64,000 nucleotides of DNA from an uncultured Chloroflexota bacterium (lineage in GTDB: Bacteria > Chloroflexota > UBA11872 > VXNJ01): the NCBI GenBank assembly GCA_964496475.1, contig CAZBZS010000004.1:11775-75774 (forward strand). Reading direction: 5' to 3'. Made by a program: the position numbers and the translations under genes. Positions 63,600 through 64,000 of the stretch are shown one piece after another (the first letter of the stretch is position 1; every line of letters begins with the position of its first letter). A model generated the notes under the pieces. The model searched no databases. It was given only the letters and a program-made list of their open reading frames with translations, and was not told the DNA's origin.

Positions 63600-64000
63600 A
63601 TGAGCCAGGGTCGATTGGCCGACAAGGTGGCTATCGTCACGGGCGGGGGCAGCCGGGGTGGTGAGACCGGCACGGGTGAGGCGACGGCGGTGTGCATGGC
63701 TAGGGAAGGCGCGCGGGTGCTGGTGGCCGACATCGCCTAGGAGAATGCGGAGCGGACGGTGGCGGCGATAGAGGAAGAGGGTGGAGAGGTGGCAATATTG
63801 CTCGGCGACGTGTGCGTGGGCAACGAATGCGAGGTGATGGTGAAGGCGGCGGTGGAGCGGTATGGGGGGCTGCACGTGCTGGTCAACAATCTCGGCTATC
63901 GCGGCCGGGGGGGGGGGGGGGTACGGAGGCGTGGCGTGGCTGACCTGGACGAGGAGCAGTACGAACTGGCGATGGATCTCAATCTGAAGACCGCGCTGCT
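63600..64000 (+). pseudogene. short-chain dehydrogenase/reductase with an in-frame TAG and an internal G15 tract (runs off the window end)
   Basis: MSQGRLADKVAIVTGGGSRGGETG...GARVLVADIA-TAG(63738-63740)-ENAERTVAAIEEEGGEVAILLGDV...LHVLVNNLGYRGRGGGGVRRRGVADLDEEQYELAMDLNLK. TGxxxGxG and NNxG motifs are present. Confidence 0.65.
63907..63921 (+). repeat. G15 homopolymer inside the SDR reading frame
   Basis: Counted directly: 4+10+1 G. It is translated as RGGGGV. Confidence 0.9.

Noticed and set aside
8674-63740. TAG (or TGA/TAA) reassigned as a sense codon, to explain the many in-frame stops
   Set aside because: groEL (8674), groES (10449), the sulfatase, the amidohydrolase and the dksA-like gene all terminate at TAG at the expected protein ends. 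Reading through the groES TAG would add about 100 residues. All three stop codons occur in frame, and the same loci also carry frameshifts. Pseudogenes or sequence errors fit better than a variant genetic code.

Overview
This is a GC-rich bacterial chromosomal segment. By inference, its gene content fits Chloroflexota best: it carries the DUF2298 'Chlor_Arch_YYY' and TIGR03663/Agl23-like membrane proteins, ThyX, and a GroEL with a long GGM tail. I can support about 65 genes. Housekeeping genes are groES-groEL, rpsF-ssb-rpsR, obg, ispH, thyX, apt, rsgA, thrC and a Xer-type recombinase. Accessory enzymes include a sulfatase, amidohydrolase, Ldh_2, aminotransferases, a TPP enzyme, a SelA-like PLP enzyme, DapA-like and SDR proteins, plus transporters. 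By eye I found no rRNA, tRNA, CRISPR array, transposase or recognisable defence system. Four observations stand out. (1) An 11-kb, five-gene operon (32348-43322) encodes giant GT-C-type membrane proteins (PMT_2-like+DUF2298, DUF2298, Agl23-like), a flippase-like protein and an FAD oxidoreductase; it looks like an archaeal-style lipid-linked glycosylation module with no known product. (2) A DUF3179 lipoprotein ORF is interrupted only by a TGA at the first Cys of its CxxC motif, with a hairpin 15 nt downstream, making it a candidate selenoprotein. (3) About 10 loci carry in-frame stops or frameshifts. Nine of the 13 stops are TAG, and five of those sit in CTAGG, the classical 5-methylcytosine deamination signature; many frameshifts fall in homopolymers, so sequencing error is a serious alternative. 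(4) A roughly 30-nt motif recurs four times just after stop codons. Start sites and all family assignments rest on motif recognition, not database searches.
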